A stretch of DNA of 64,000 nt from an uncultured Victivallales bacterium (GCA_964576795.1 CAZNWT010000002.1:65033-129032), one strand, 5' to 3'; shown: positions 29,833-40,181, counted from the first letter of the stretch. Numbers and translations: made by a program. Notes: generated by a model not told the origin, from the letters alone.

Positions 29833-30933
29833 TCAAAACTTATCGTAGAAGATGTTGGCTTCTGGCATCCCGTTTTGGGTGAGGACGGCGACGCAGGCGT
29901 CAATCATGAAGGGACTGCCGCAGAGGTAGGCTTCCATTTTTGTCGCGTCTTGGGTGTAACGATCCACAACTTCGGTAATGAGTCCGGTTTCGCCTTCCCA
30001 GTTGTCGGTTTCTGCGGGTTCGGAAAGTGCCGGCACGAATTTGAAGTCAAACAGCTCGCTTTCCAGTTGTTTCATTTCGTCCAGTAGGAACAAATCGCGC
30101 TTACTGCGGGCACCAAAGAAGTACATGGCTTTGCGCTGTATGTTCTGCTCTTTCATGTGGCTGAGAATGGATTTTATGGGGGCCATTCCGGAGCCACCGG
30201 CGATGCAGATGATGGGGGCATCGGTATTGGATAGACAAAAGTTTCCGTAGGGGCCATTGACCGTCATCGTGTCGCCTACTTTCAGGTGGCGATGGATATA
30301 GGTGGTGCAGATGCCGTCCGGAACCAGCCTGATTTCCATTTCAATCGTGTTGTGCTGTGAGGGAGAAGAGGAAAGGGAGTAAGCTCGGTACACGGGTTCA
30401 TCAGTCAATTCATATTCGGGCGCTTCAATTTGCATAAATTGCCCGGCTGTGAAGTCGATGGTGTTGGGGGCTTCCAGTGCGAGGGTGAGTTGTTTGATGT
30501 CGTGGGTCAGGTCAATGATGCTGGCTACCCGTGTCCGAAACTCTCTGACATAGAGGAGATTTGGATCAATTTCTAATTGCATGTCCTGTTTGACTTTGAT
30601 CTGGCAAGAGAGGCGAATATTGTTCTTCTTTTCGTCTTCCGACAACCAGGGCAGTTCGGTGGGAAGAATATCTCCTGCACCGGCGATCACTTTGCATTTG
30701 CAGAGCCCGCAGGAGCCGCGTCCGCCGCAGGCAGAGGGGATGAAGACTTTGGCTTCTTTCAGGGTGTTGAGGAGTGATCTTCCTCCCTGAGCTTGAATGG
30801 TTTTGTCACCATTGATGGTGATGGTGACTTCACCATAGTTGCCAATGGTGGATTCTGCGATCACCATGAGAATGGCAAGAACGGTTGAAATGGCGCAGAG
30901 GGTACCGACACTAATTAAGAATGTGACCCACAC
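29833..30933 (-). CDS. nqrF: Na+-translocating NADH:quinone oxidoreductase subunit F (2Fe-2S ferredoxin + FAD/NAD binding)
   Basis: N-terminal TM, 'CGGRGSCGLCKCKV' [2Fe-2S] motif, FAD/NAD-binding half. Confidence 0.85.
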   Translation of the reverse strand: MWVTFLISVGTLCAISTVLAILMVIAESTIGNYGEVTITINGDKTIQAQGGRSLLNTLKEAKVFIPSACGGRGSCGLCKCKVIAGAGDILPTELPWLSEDEKKNNIRLSCQIKVKQDMQLEIDPNLLYVREFRTRVASIIDLTHDIKQLTLALEAPNTIDFTAGQFMQIEAPEYELTDEPVYRAYSLSSSPSQHNTIEMEIRLVPDGICTTYIHRHLKVGDTMTVNGPYGNFCLSNTDAPIICIAGGSGMAPIKSILSHMKEQNIQRKAMYFFGARSKRDLFLLDEMKQLESELFDFKFVPALSEPAETDNWEGETGLITEVVDRYTQDATKMEAYLCGSPFMIDACVAVLTQNGMPEANIFYDKF

Positions 30934-30945
30934 AGCAATAACTCC

Positions 30946-31536
30946 CTAGATAGTGATCATGCCGGAGAAGCCCATAAAGGCTAGGGCCATAATCCCTGCG
31001 ATAATCAGTGTGATGCCGGCGCCTTCGAGCCCTTTTGGAATTTTGGACCGTTTCATGTTCTGGCGGATTCCCGCCATAGCGAGAATGGCAAGTAGCCAAC
31101 CGAGGCCGCTCCCCAAGCCATAGAAGAAGGACTGCGTAAAGGTGTAGTCTCGGATCAGCATAAAGAGGCTAACGCCAAGAATGGCGCAGTTTACGGTAAT
31201 CAGAGGAAGAAAGATGCCGAGGGCGGCATAGAGGGTTTCTGAGACGCGCTCGATGATCATTTCTACGATTTGTACGAAGGCGGCGATGACGATGATGAAT
31301 ACGATAAATTTAAAGTGTTCAAGGTGGAGCGGCACTAGAATGGCGTAGTAGACGATCCAGTTCAGCATGGAGGTGGTGGTCATGACAAACACAACGGCGG
31401 TCCCCAGCCCTAATGATGTTTTGACTTCCCGTGAGGCTCCAAGAAAGGAACACATTCCGAGATAGTTCGTTAGCAGAATGTTGTTGGTGAAGATGGCGGA
31501 AAAGAAGATTGCAAAGAGACCTACAAATTCTTGCAT
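30946..31536 (-). CDS. nqrE: NQR subunit E
   Basis: Start 'MQEFVGLFAIFFSAIF' overlaps the nqrD stop. Polytopic NqrE/RnfA-like protein. Confidence 0.8.
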   Translation of the reverse strand: MQEFVGLFAIFFSAIFTNNILLTNYLGMCSFLGASREVKTSLGLGTAVVFVMTTTSMLNWIVYYAILVPLHLEHFKFIVFIIVIAAFVQIVEMIIERVSETLYAALGIFLPLITVNCAILGVSLFMLIRDYTFTQSFFYGLGSGLGWLLAILAMAGIRQNMKRSKIPKGLEGAGITLIIAGIMALAFMGFSGMITI

Positions 31537-32156
31537 TACGAGGCTCCTTTCGCATCGTCTTTGACGAAGTGGCTCTTGATGATCCAGATCAGGATGGCCA
31601 ACGTGAAGAAGGCGCCCGGTGCCATGACCATGATAGACCAGTTCACCCACCAGTCGCTAAACCAGGGGATGGTGTATCCCCATATTGTTGCAGATCCCAT
31701 TAGTTCTCGCACAAAAGCAATAATGAGTAGGACGTAGGAGTAGCCAATGCCCGAAGCGATGCCATCGACTAGCGAGGGGATGGGGGGATTGGTCAAGGCA
31801 AAGGCTTCTGCCCGGCCCATGATGATGCAGTTGGTGATGATCAGCCCGACGTAGGGACCCAGCTGGCGTGAGATGCCGGGGAGCGTGGCTTGAATGACCA
31901 GATCGACAATGATGACATAGGCAGCAATGATGAGGGTTTCTACCATCATGCGTATGCTTCCGGGGATCCACTTGCGCAGGAGTGAAATAGTGGTGTTGGA
32001 ACACGCGAGTGTGAAGATCACGCCCAGGCACATGACCACGGTGTTTTCTAGCACATTGGTGACGGCGAGCGTCGAGCAGATGCCCAATACCTGCACAAAG
32101 ACGGGATTGTTCTTTCCCATGCTTGAGCTAAAGATCTGTTTTGCTTTCGTGGCCAT
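31536..32156 (-). CDS. nqrD: NQR subunit D
   Basis: 'NPVFVQVLGICSTLAVT' is typical of NqrD/RnfE. Confidence 0.8.
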   Translation of the reverse strand: MATKAKQIFSSSMGKNNPVFVQVLGICSTLAVTNVLENTVVMCLGVIFTLACSNTTISLLRKWIPGSIRMMVETLIIAAYVIIVDLVIQATLPGISRQLGPYVGLIITNCIIMGRAEAFALTNPPIPSLVDGIASGIGYSYVLLIIAFVRELMGSATIWGYTIPWFSDWWVNWSIMVMAPGAFFTLAILIWIIKSHFVKDDAKGAS

Positions 32157-32165
32157 TGTGTGTGT

Positions 32166-32828
32166 TTAGTTCTTTGCTGGTGTCGTTGTAAGCAACTGTG
32201 CCCGTTCGAGACTATCGTTCATGATATTCCGTACGGCGGTTGAGGTGATTGTGGCTCCTGTTATCTGATCAAAGGTGTTTGCATCGGCATCGGATGCCCG
32301 AGTTTTGTCTTTGGGCTCTGGCGTCAGGGCTGTGAATGGCCCCTTTTTGCCGATGAATTGCTGTTTAAACCAGGATTCGTCAATGCGAGCGCCAAGGCCA
32401 GGGGTTTCCATGTGCTCCAGGAAGGTGACGGCCTTGATGCGTGTTCCGTCTGGGGTGAACCCCACAAATGCCGTGATTTGTCCCCAGAGTCCGGGGCCCC
32501 GCGAGATCACAACGAAGGCTTCGGTTCCGAGGGCGTCGGCGGAGCGTACGCGAAAATGATCGGTTGCTTTGGCCTCTTTTTCGAGCAGGCTTCCGCTAGC
32601 ATCGTATGCCGTAACATTGGCATCGTACCAGGCGATGAGCGCATCCGCATTTTCGGGTTTCGGCATCCCGCTGGCATCGCATACAGCTTGTTTCAAGAAC
32701 AGCGTCTTGTTGCGCTCGACCGTGCTTTGGGTTGCCATATGAACGGCGGTCACGATTGAAATAAACACAAAGGTAATGCTGAACATGAAGAACACCGTAA
32801 AGCGCTTTTGTTTCCAGCCGCTGCTCAT
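32166..32828 (-). CDS. nqrC: NQR subunit C (FMN-binding)
   Basis: Single TM plus the FMN-attachment motif 'TGATITSTAV'. Confidence 0.8.
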   Translation of the reverse strand: MSSGWKQKRFTVFFMFSITFVFISIVTAVHMATQSTVERNKTLFLKQAVCDASGMPKPENADALIAWYDANVTAYDASGSLLEKEAKATDHFRVRSADALGTEAFVVISRGPGLWGQITAFVGFTPDGTRIKAVTFLEHMETPGLGARIDESWFKQQFIGKKGPFTALTPEPKDKTRASDADANTFDQITGATITSTAVRNIMNDSLERAQLLTTTPAKN

Positions 32829-33826
32829 GCCTGTTTTGCCTTTTGTTTGATGCTTTTGATGGCGTAGTCGGTGATGGGCGTAAACATGTTAGCGAGAAGA
32901 ATGGCAAACATGGTGCCTGCAGGCCATACGGTGAACACCTGAATGAGCGATGACAGGATGCCGATTGTGGCTCCGTAGAGCCAACGTCCTTCGTTTGTTT
33001 TGGGTGCAGAGACTGGGTCTGTGGCATAGAAGAAGGCCCCGAACAAAAGACTGCCGGAAAATAAGGCGGAGAGTGGATTCGAAGCACTGGTGACTCCCGT
33101 CAAATACAGAATCCCCTGCATGGCGACAAACGCGACAAGCGTTGAAACGACTTGGCGGTAATTCGCGGCTTTCTTGCGGATCAGATAGAGCCCGCCGAGA
33201 ATCACCAGCACGGCACTGGTGCCGCCGATGACTCCTGCTGTATTGCCAAGAAAGAGTTTGGGCCATGAGAACCGCATGGGGTCCATGGTTTCTGCTGCAA
33301 GGTTGAGAGGCTTGAGCCATGCTGAGGGGGTTGCCTGTGTGATGGCATCTGTTGCTGAGTTTGCATATGCCGTCAGGCCGCCAAGGATGCCATCAATCGG
33401 GTGTGTCCAGCAGCGTGCGGTCATATAGTCGCCGAAGCTGATATAGATGAATGCCCGTCCTGTTAACGCGGGGTTGAAGATGTTCTTCCCAAATCCGCCG
33501 AACACCATCTTTCCGAATACGACGCCAAACACCACACCGACTACGACCATCCAGAGCGGAAGCATGGGGGGGAGAGAGAGTGCAAACAGCGTGCTAGTAA
33601 CGAAAACGGCAGAGGTGACGGGTTGGCCCTCTTTGCGGGTGAAAACGGATTCGCTAATGAACCCAGCACTATTGGCAACCAAAAGCATTAACAGAGAGCG
33701 CCATCCGAAGAAATAGATGGACGAAATGGCGATTGGAATGAGCGCATAAAGCACCCGCTTCATGGGCAATTGCCAGTTGATAAATTTGTTCTTCTTTTTT
33801 GCTGGCACAACACTCTCCCTATGCAT
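32825..33826 (-). CDS. nqrB: NQR subunit B
   Basis: NqrB/RnfD-family polytopic protein ('GGFGKNIFNPALTGRAF', 'YATDPVSAP'). Confidence 0.8.
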   Translation of the reverse strand: MHRESVVPAKKKNKFINWQLPMKRVLYALIPIAISSIYFFGWRSLLMLLVANSAGFISESVFTRKEGQPVTSAVFVTSTLFALSLPPMLPLWMVVVGVVFGVVFGKMVFGGFGKNIFNPALTGRAFIYISFGDYMTARCWTHPIDGILGGLTAYANSATDAITQATPSAWLKPLNLAAETMDPMRFSWPKLFLGNTAGVIGGTSAVLVILGGLYLIRKKAANYRQVVSTLVAFVAMQGILYLTGVTSASNPLSALFSGSLLFGAFFYATDPVSAPKTNEGRWLYGATIGILSSLIQVFTVWPAGTMFAILLANMFTPITDYAIKSIKQKAKQA

Positions 33827-34160
33827 CCCTATGAATTAATGTGCACTTTAAGAAAATAATGCCACCAATTCAATATCTTTATAAAAAAGGAGGGGTAATG
33901 GAGTGAAGGCCATCTATTCCAGTTAAGATTTTGAACAAAGAGGAAGCAAAGGAATACAGAAAGCCTGCTATTCTAAAGATCAAGGAAGCTTGGGCTACTG
34001 CTGGAATTTGAACAGAAGGAAACGAAGAGAACGAAGAAGAAGACTCAACTCATGTTGCCGGATTGAAGTTGTTCTGTTGGACACATATGATACATTTAGA
34101 ATCACTGTAAAGAGATGCGTTTACAATGGGATCGAAGCTTTGTTTGATGGAGGCGATGTT

Positions 34161-35006
34161 ATGAGTAAAGAAGAGGCGTTGGCTGTTTTTGAGAAACATT
34201 CAATTCGTCGGTTCTATGACGAAACCGATGAAGCTTGGTATTTTTCTGTTGTGGATGTTGTTGGCGCACTTACGGACAGTGCCAACCCGCGGGATTACTG
34301 GTTTAAGATGAAAATCCGGGTTAAGAGTGAGGATGGATTTCAGTTGTCGACAATTTGTCGACAACTGAAACTAATCTCTTCCGATGGAAAGAAATACGCT
34401 ACTGATTGTGCAAATGTGGAGGGGGTGTTCCGAATTATTCAATCCATCCCATCGCCCAAGGCGGAACCCTTTAAGCAGTGGTTGGCCAAGGTGGGGTACG
34501 AGCGAGTTCAGGATATGAGTGATCCTGCGCGTTCACTCGACCGGGCCCGTGACTACTGGCAGCAGCATGGGCGCAGCGAAAAATGGATTCAGCAGCGTAT
34601 GATGGGGCAGGAGACCCGCAACAAACTGACCGATTATTGGAAAGGTCACGAAATCAAGGGAGAAGGTGAGTATGCCATTCTCACCAATATCATTCATCGG
34701 GAGTGGAGCGGGGTTTCGGTAAAGCATCATAAGGCTGCCAAAGGTCTCAAAACTCAGAATTTGAGAGACCACATGAGTGAGGCGGAACTGATTTTTACCG
34801 CATTGGCCGAACTGTCCACCCGACAGATCGCCGAGAGTGTCGAAGCAACGGGACTGCCGGAAAATTCCGAAGCAGGACGGAAGGGTGGCGGCATTGCGAA
34901 GAAGGCGCGCAGAGAACTTGAGCAGAAGACAGGTCGAAGTGTAGTGACCGGTGAGAACTTTTTACCGCCAGAGGCCGGAAAGAAAGAACGGAAGCCGGTC
35001 AAATGA
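34161..35006 (+). CDS. Bro-N domain protein (DinD/antirepressor-like)
   Basis: 'FEKHSIRRFYDETDEAWYFSVVDVVGALTDSANPRDYW' matches the Bro-N signature. Start set at MSKEE with a plausible RBS. Confidence 0.5.
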   Translation: MSKEEALAVFEKHSIRRFYDETDEAWYFSVVDVVGALTDSANPRDYWFKMKIRVKSEDGFQLSTICRQLKLISSDGKKYATDCANVEGVFRIIQSIPSPKAEPFKQWLAKVGYERVQDMSDPARSLDRARDYWQQHGRSEKWIQQRMMGQETRNKLTDYWKGHEIKGEGEYAILTNIIHREWSGVSVKHHKAAKGLKTQNLRDHMSEAELIFTALAELSTRQIAESVEATGLPENSEAGRKGGGIAKKARRELEQKTGRSVVTGENFLPPEAGKKERKPVK

Positions 35007-35340
35007 GTAAAGAGGTGATATCCATGCAATCATTCTGCTGTCAATGATTCTGCCAAATCTCTCTTCTCATTTTTCTTAGGTTGCGGCTTTGCCTTCACCT
35101 ATTATTAGTCTTTTTGTGTGGTGATAAATCTGCCCTGTAACACGATGTCTCAGGCGTGCGAAATCCTGTCGCATTGATGTTATGCGGCGCAATAAACTAA
35201 AGCGAAAAATCATGTAAGACACTGGTTGTGTCGTTGTACGGTTTACCCTGCATTGCACAACGAGCATGGTTGTCAATTTTGTGCGCATGTGTAATAGTCT
35301 GTTTCAAGAATCAAGATTAGGCTGACTCGGTGCTCAGCTT

Positions 35341-38217
35341 ATGAAGGGGGCGCGGTTGCGGTTAACAGATTACCATGCAAAGTATTATGCGAATGAGCTG
35401 ACCAAGCGTTGCTCTTCCGATAGTCTTGAGAAGCTTACGGCATCGCTGCTTGATGCCCGCGTCGACCTCAACCCCCACCAGATTGAAGCTGCTCTTTTTG
35501 CTTTTAAATCTCCGTTTTCGACTGGAGCAATCTTGGCTGACGAAGTTGGGCTGGGAAAGACGATCGAAGCGGGCATCGTCCTTTCTCAGAAGTGGGCGGA
35601 ACAGAAGCGCAAAATCCTGATCATTGTTCCATCCAGCTTGCGGAAGCAGTGGAATCAGGAGCTCGCAGAGAAGTTCTTTCTGCCTTCCTCAATTTTGGAA
35701 GCAAAACCATTTAACAAGTGCATTAAGGCAGGAGAGGCAAATCCTTTCACGCGGGACGAAATCGTGATCTGTTCTTACCATTTTGCCCGAAACAAAGCCG
35801 ACTATGTATCCCGTATCGGATGGGATCTCGTCATCTTTGACGAAGCACACCGTCTGCGGAATGTATATAAGCCGAACAACAAAATTGCCCGGACACTAAA
35901 GGAAGCTCTCAAGAATTCCCCGAAGCTCTTGCTTACCGCGACACCGCTACAAAACTCACTGTTGGAGCTCTACGGTCTGGTCAGTTTTGTCGATGAGTAT
36001 TGCTTCGGCGATCTCAAAAGTTTTCGGAGTCAGTACGCTCGCCTCGGGACACAGGACACGTTTGCTGAATTAAAGTCGAGGCTGCAGCCGATCTGCCAAC
36101 GCACCTTGCGGCGGCAGGTTCTTGAGTATGTCCGGTACACGAACCGTGTGCCTATTACGCAGGCCTTTATCCCAAGTAAGGAGGAACAGGTTCTGTATGA
36201 GCTGGTATCGGAGTACCTTCAGCGTTCTAATTTACAGGCTTTACCCCCTAGCCAACGCTCGCTGATGACTCTCGTTATGAGGAAACTCCTAGCCTCATCT
36301 ACTTTCGCTATCGCGGGAGCTCTGAGTTCATTGGTGCGGAAGCTGGAGGGGCGTCTACGGCACGCGCGCATCAAGGCTGAAGACGATGAATTGGGGATGG
36401 ACTTCGAGAAGTTGGATGAACTCAGAGATGAATGGGATCAGGGCGATGCAGATGAAGAACTCGAAACACTGTCGAAGGAGGATGCAGAAGCCATTTCCGC
36501 CGAGATTGAGGATCTGAAGCAGTTTCGCGATTTGGCTGAGTCCATTGCCCACAACGCCAAAGGCAAAGCCCTTGTCAAGGCACTCCGTACAGGAATGAAG
36601 AAGGCCGTTGAACTCGGGGCCGAAAAGAAGGCTATCATTTTCACTGAATCCCGACGCACTCAGGAGTATCTCGCCAATGTGCTAGCCGACACTGAATTCT
36701 CGGGGAAGGTTGTGCTGTTTAATGGATCAAACAACCTTCCTGACGCTAAGGATACATACCACAAGTGGCTTGAGAAGCATGCCGGCACAGATATGATCAC
36801 TGGATCGCGGACGGCAGATAAGAGGGCCGCGTTGGTCGACTCATTTCGCGAAGACTCCCAGATTATGATTGCGACAGAAGCTGCTGCCGAAGGCATCAAC
36901 CTCCAGTTCTGCTCTTTGGTTGTGAACTATGATCTGCCATGGAATCCCCAACGCATTGAGCAGCGCATCGGAAGATGCCATCGCTATGGACAGAAGCATG
37001 ACGTTGTTGTGGTCAATTTCTTGAACAAGAAGAATGCCGCCGATCAACGCGTCTTTCAGCTTCTGTCCGAGAAATTCATGCTCTTCAGCGGGGTGTTTGG
37101 CGCTAGTGATGAAGTGCTGGGAAGCATTGAATCCGGCGTCGACTTCGAGAAGCGTATTGTCGAGATCTACCAGACTTGCCGAACGCCTCAAGAGATAGAC
37201 GCTCTATTCGACAAGCTTCAGCAAGAGCTCTCTTCTGAAATTGACGAAACCATGGGGATTACACGGCAGAAGCTTCTTGAGAATTTTGACGAAGAGGTAC
37301 ACGAGAAGCTTCGAGTCAATCTACAGGCTAGCACCGAATACCTGAACCGCTACGAGAAACTCCTTTGGAGACTCACGGCTCACGCGCTTAATGATTGTGC
37401 CGAAATCAACGAGGCCGATTTGTCCTTTGTGCTTTCAGAAAATCCCTTTGCCGGAAAGGGCATCTCTACCGGGCGGTACCGCTTTGGACGGGAGGTGGCT
37501 GACGCGCATCACTATCGCTTAGGACATCCGCTGGCCCATTCTATCCTGGGGCACTACAAGCCGCTTACTCTGCCGGACGCCTCGCTTGATTTTGACTATT
37601 CAGGGACGCCCTCGAAAATCTCTGTACTGGATGACATGGCGGGAGAAACCGGATGGCTACGGCTGGACCGACTGACAATCGACTCATTTGAGACTGAAGA
37701 TCATCTCCTGTGGGCAGGAATCACGGATGCGGGGCACGTGCTCTCTGACGAACAATGCCGCCGACTCTTCAGCCTTCCGGCTGTCCAAGGAATCCTGGAT
37801 TACTCGAATACAAAGGACGAAAAGGTAATCAATCAGATCCTCCATGCCGGACAGCAGACCGTGATTCAAACCAACGCCGAACGCAATGCCGGCTTTTTTG
37901 ATGCTGAAATGGGAAAACTGGACCACTGGTCAGAGGACATGAAAACCAGTCTTGAGATTCGGCTCAAGCAGCTCGACATCGACATCAAGAGTATGAAGAC
38001 CGAAGCGCGCAAGATGATCAGCCTTGAGGAGAAGGTCGCCGCCCATCGCCATATCAAGGATCTGGAGAAACAGCGTAATGAAATGCGCCTCAACCTCTAT
38101 CAGGCTCAAGATGATGTTGAATCGAAGAAAGAAGCACTGATAGAAGAAATCGAAGCCCGTCTCAAACAACAAATATCGACGACAACACTATTTAGTATAA
38201 AGTGGAAATTAATATAA
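35341..38217 (+). CDS. SNF2-family helicase (SNF2_N + Helicase_C) with ~400-aa C-terminal extension ending in a coiled-coil, 958 aa
   Basis: Motif I 'ADEVGLGKTIEAG', motif II 'DLVIFDEAHRLRN', Helicase_C 'ATEAAAEGINLQ…QRIGRCHRYGQ'. Confidence 0.85.
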   Translation: MKGARLRLTDYHAKYYANELTKRCSSDSLEKLTASLLDARVDLNPHQIEAALFAFKSPFSTGAILADEVGLGKTIEAGIVLSQKWAEQKRKILIIVPSSLRKQWNQELAEKFFLPSSILEAKPFNKCIKAGEANPFTRDEIVICSYHFARNKADYVSRIGWDLVIFDEAHRLRNVYKPNNKIARTLKEALKNSPKLLLTATPLQNSLLELYGLVSFVDEYCFGDLKSFRSQYARLGTQDTFAELKSRLQPICQRTLRRQVLEYVRYTNRVPITQAFIPSKEEQVLYELVSEYLQRSNLQALPPSQRSLMTLVMRKLLASSTFAIAGALSSLVRKLEGRLRHARIKAEDDELGMDFEKLDELRDEWDQGDADEELETLSKEDAEAISAEIEDLKQFRDLAESIAHNAKGKALVKALRTGMKKAVELGAEKKAIIFTESRRTQEYLANVLADTEFSGKVVLFNGSNNLPDAKDTYHKWLEKHAGTDMITGSRTADKRAALVDSFREDSQIMIATEAAAEGINLQFCSLVVNYDLPWNPQRIEQRIGRCHRYGQKHDVVVVNFLNKKNAADQRVFQLLSEKFMLFSGVFGASDEVLGSIESGVDFEKRIVEIYQTCRTPQEIDALFDKLQQELSSEIDETMGITRQKLLENFDEEVHEKLRVNLQASTEYLNRYEKLLWRLTAHALNDCAEINEADLSFVLSENPFAGKGISTGRYRFGREVADAHHYRLGHPLAHSILGHYKPLTLPDASLDFDYSGTPSKISVLDDMAGETGWLRLDRLTIDSFETEDHLLWAGITDAGHVLSDEQCRRLFSLPAVQGILDYSNTKDEKVINQILHAGQQTVIQTNAERNAGFFDAEMGKLDHWSEDMKTSLEIRLKQLDIDIKSMKTEARKMISLEEKVAAHRHIKDLEKQRNEMRLNLYQAQDDVESKKEALIEEIEARLKQQISTTTLFSIKWKLI

Positions 38218-38233
38218 AGCTCACGGACGAGGG

Positions 38234-38305
38234 GGGGGCTGGCCTTCGGGGAAGGCCGCCCTACTGGCTGAGAGCCGTAGCCCCCACTTCCCCGAAGCGC
38301 AGGGC
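38234..38305. repeat. REP doublet (type A GGGCTGGCCTTCGGGGAAGGCCGCCCTAC + type B GTAGCCCCCRCTTCCCCGAAGCGCAGGGC). Further clusters at 39938-40044, 40663-40720, 40778-40988 (C+A+tandem 16-mers+B), 42728-42830 (C+A+B) and 44393-44455 (C+A, inside a CDS 3' end)
   Basis: Each unit is a GC-rich hairpin with GTAG/CTAC termini, with A and B in inverted orientation (REPIN-like). Type C is GTAGCCCCGCCTTCMCCGAAGGCGAGGG. Confidence 0.85.
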
Positions 38306-38402
38306 CGAGGAACGCTAGGATGATGGCAGCGAAAATGAATTTCAGAGTGATCCTTAAATTTACCTTGAAGGTAAATCAAGATGAATGCTATAAAGGTGTT
38401 CG

Positions 38403-38714
38403 ATGAAGTATGAGTTAGCGGGGAAGCACCTCAAAGACCTCTACACAAAGGGCGCCAGCAAAAAATTCAAGTTCATGGACAAGAAGCTCTGCTCAAAGTT
38501 CGTAGAACGCGTTGGGCGGATTGAAGCCGCAGAGAACATTTACGACCTAAGGAATCCACCATCAATGGAGTTTGAGTCTTTGGAGGGCTACCCCAACCGG
38601 TTTTCTATCCGTTTAGACAAAAAGCATCGTCTTGAGTTCGATATCGAATTTGAAGACGAAAAGAAGACGTTTGGTTCCGTAACCGTGATTACGGTAAGCA
38701 AGCACTACGAGTGA
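38403..38714 (+). CDS. higB: HigB-like toxin (RelE/ParE superfamily, 'plasmid maintenance system killer')
   Basis: 103 aa, 'LRNPPSMEFESLEGYPNRFSIRLDKKHRLEFDIEFED'. Lies upstream of the HTH partner, i.e. the hig gene order. Confidence 0.6.
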   Translation: MKYELAGKHLKDLYTKGASKKFKFMDKKLCSKFVERVGRIEAAENIYDLRNPPSMEFESLEGYPNRFSIRLDKKHRLEFDIEFEDEKKTFGSVTVITVSKHYE

Positions 38715-39823
38715 GGCATGTGATGGGTAAACTAAAGCCATTTGTGAATTTGGGTCCGGGCGATACGATTCGAGAAGAGTTGGCGTATTTAAGCTGGGAG
38801 CAGAAGGACTTGGCGGAAATCATGGGGCGAACAGAGAAGAATGTTAGCCAATTGATCACGAACAAGGCCCCCGTGACGTATGAGACAGCTAGCCAGCTTT
38901 CGAAGGTCTTCAAGCAATCCGTGCAGTTTTGGCTCAATCTCGATGCCAATTACCGGCAACGACTCGAAGAAAGTGCAAAGGTTGTGGATACAGAAGCAAA
39001 AGCGCTCATCTACCGCTACATGCCAGTGCGCGAATTACGCAAGTATATCGACCTCCCACGAAGAACCGATGATCTTATTGCAGCAGTCAAAAGTTTCTGG
39101 GACATAGATGAACTGAATTTTGCGTTCTTGGAAACACAAGCGCAGGTCTGTTTCCGTAAATCCGAAGCCTACCGCAATTTCAATCCCTACTATGCCCTCA
39201 CGTGGCTTCAGCTTGCACGCAACTCTCTCACTGGGCATCGCCCTAAAGCGACCTACGCCCCAGATCGCTTGATGGCACTTGCTGAGAAAATTTGTGATTA
39301 TACGATACAGTCTAATGGCATTCATGCATTCATAAAGCAGCTGAACCGTTGTGGCGTTGTCTTTCTGCATCTTGATCATTTTCAGCAGACTTACGTGGAT
39401 GGTGCCTCATTCTTTGATAATGGCAAACCGGTCATTATTTACACTGCCCGTTATAACCGAAACGACAACTTTTGGTTCACAATGGCTCACGAACTTGGGC
39501 ACGTTCTGCTGCATGCCGACGATCAAGAGTCATTCTTTATCGACTCACTGGATCACCTTGATCTTTCTAATAAACGAGAAAAGGAAGCTGACGCTTTTGC
39601 TGAGAAAAGGCTTCGTTCTTCTGAGATTTTGGAGTCATTTCACGGCGTTAAGCGGCCAACGGTTGTTCGGATAAAGAGTGTAGCTCAGAAACTTGGACTC
39701 CATCCTGCGGTAATTGCCGGAAGCCTGCAGCATCACGGCCAAGCATCCTGGAGCAGTTTCCATGAGCTGAAGGAGGGTGTGAAAGCTGATCTTCCTCGTG
39801 CGAAGATCGAAAGGGCGAAATGA
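38711..39823 (+). CDS. HigA-like XRE HTH antitoxin fused to an ImmA/IrrE-family Zn-metallopeptidase domain
   Basis: HTH 'IREELAYLSWEQKDLAEIMGRTEKNVSQLI', HEXXH motif 'FTMAHELGHVLLH'. Start overlaps the HigB stop. Confidence 0.75.
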   Translation: MRHVMGKLKPFVNLGPGDTIREELAYLSWEQKDLAEIMGRTEKNVSQLITNKAPVTYETASQLSKVFKQSVQFWLNLDANYRQRLEESAKVVDTEAKALIYRYMPVRELRKYIDLPRRTDDLIAAVKSFWDIDELNFAFLETQAQVCFRKSEAYRNFNPYYALTWLQLARNSLTGHRPKATYAPDRLMALAEKICDYTIQSNGIHAFIKQLNRCGVVFLHLDHFQQTYVDGASFFDNGKPVIIYTARYNRNDNFWFTMAHELGHVLLHADDQESFFIDSLDHLDLSNKREKEADAFAEKRLRSSEILESFHGVKRPTVVRIKSVAQKLGLHPAVIAGSLQHHGQASWSSFHELKEGVKADLPRAKIERAK

Positions 39824-40181
39824 ACATGCGCAAGATTAATGGGTTTCATTTTGCTCTTCCGTTGTGGAGATCAATATGAGTAAACCCACAATAATCTGCC
39901 CCAAGTGCACGTCTCGAGGTGGAGCTTGCAGGAGGGTGGGGCTGGCCTTCGGGGAAGGCCGCCCTACGTGGGGACGAGCGATGCAGGGATGATGACGAAA
40001 GGTTAGTGGCGTTGAGTAGCCCCCGCTTCCCCGAAGCGCAGGGCCGCACAAGGCAAGGACTACAGCAGGACAAAACAACATGACACGACATCCGGACACA
40101 GTCAGTTTTTAGCGGGGCGTCCTTCCGCATTGGGAGGTCGTCGACGGCTGCTATTTCGTAACAGTTCGGCTGGCAAACAGT

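Noticed and set aside
33990-34160. N-terminal extension of the Bro-N ORF (MGYCWNLNRRKRRERRRR…)
   Set aside because: Arg-rich low-complexity with no RBS. The MSKEE start at 34161 gives a canonical Bro-N N-terminus.
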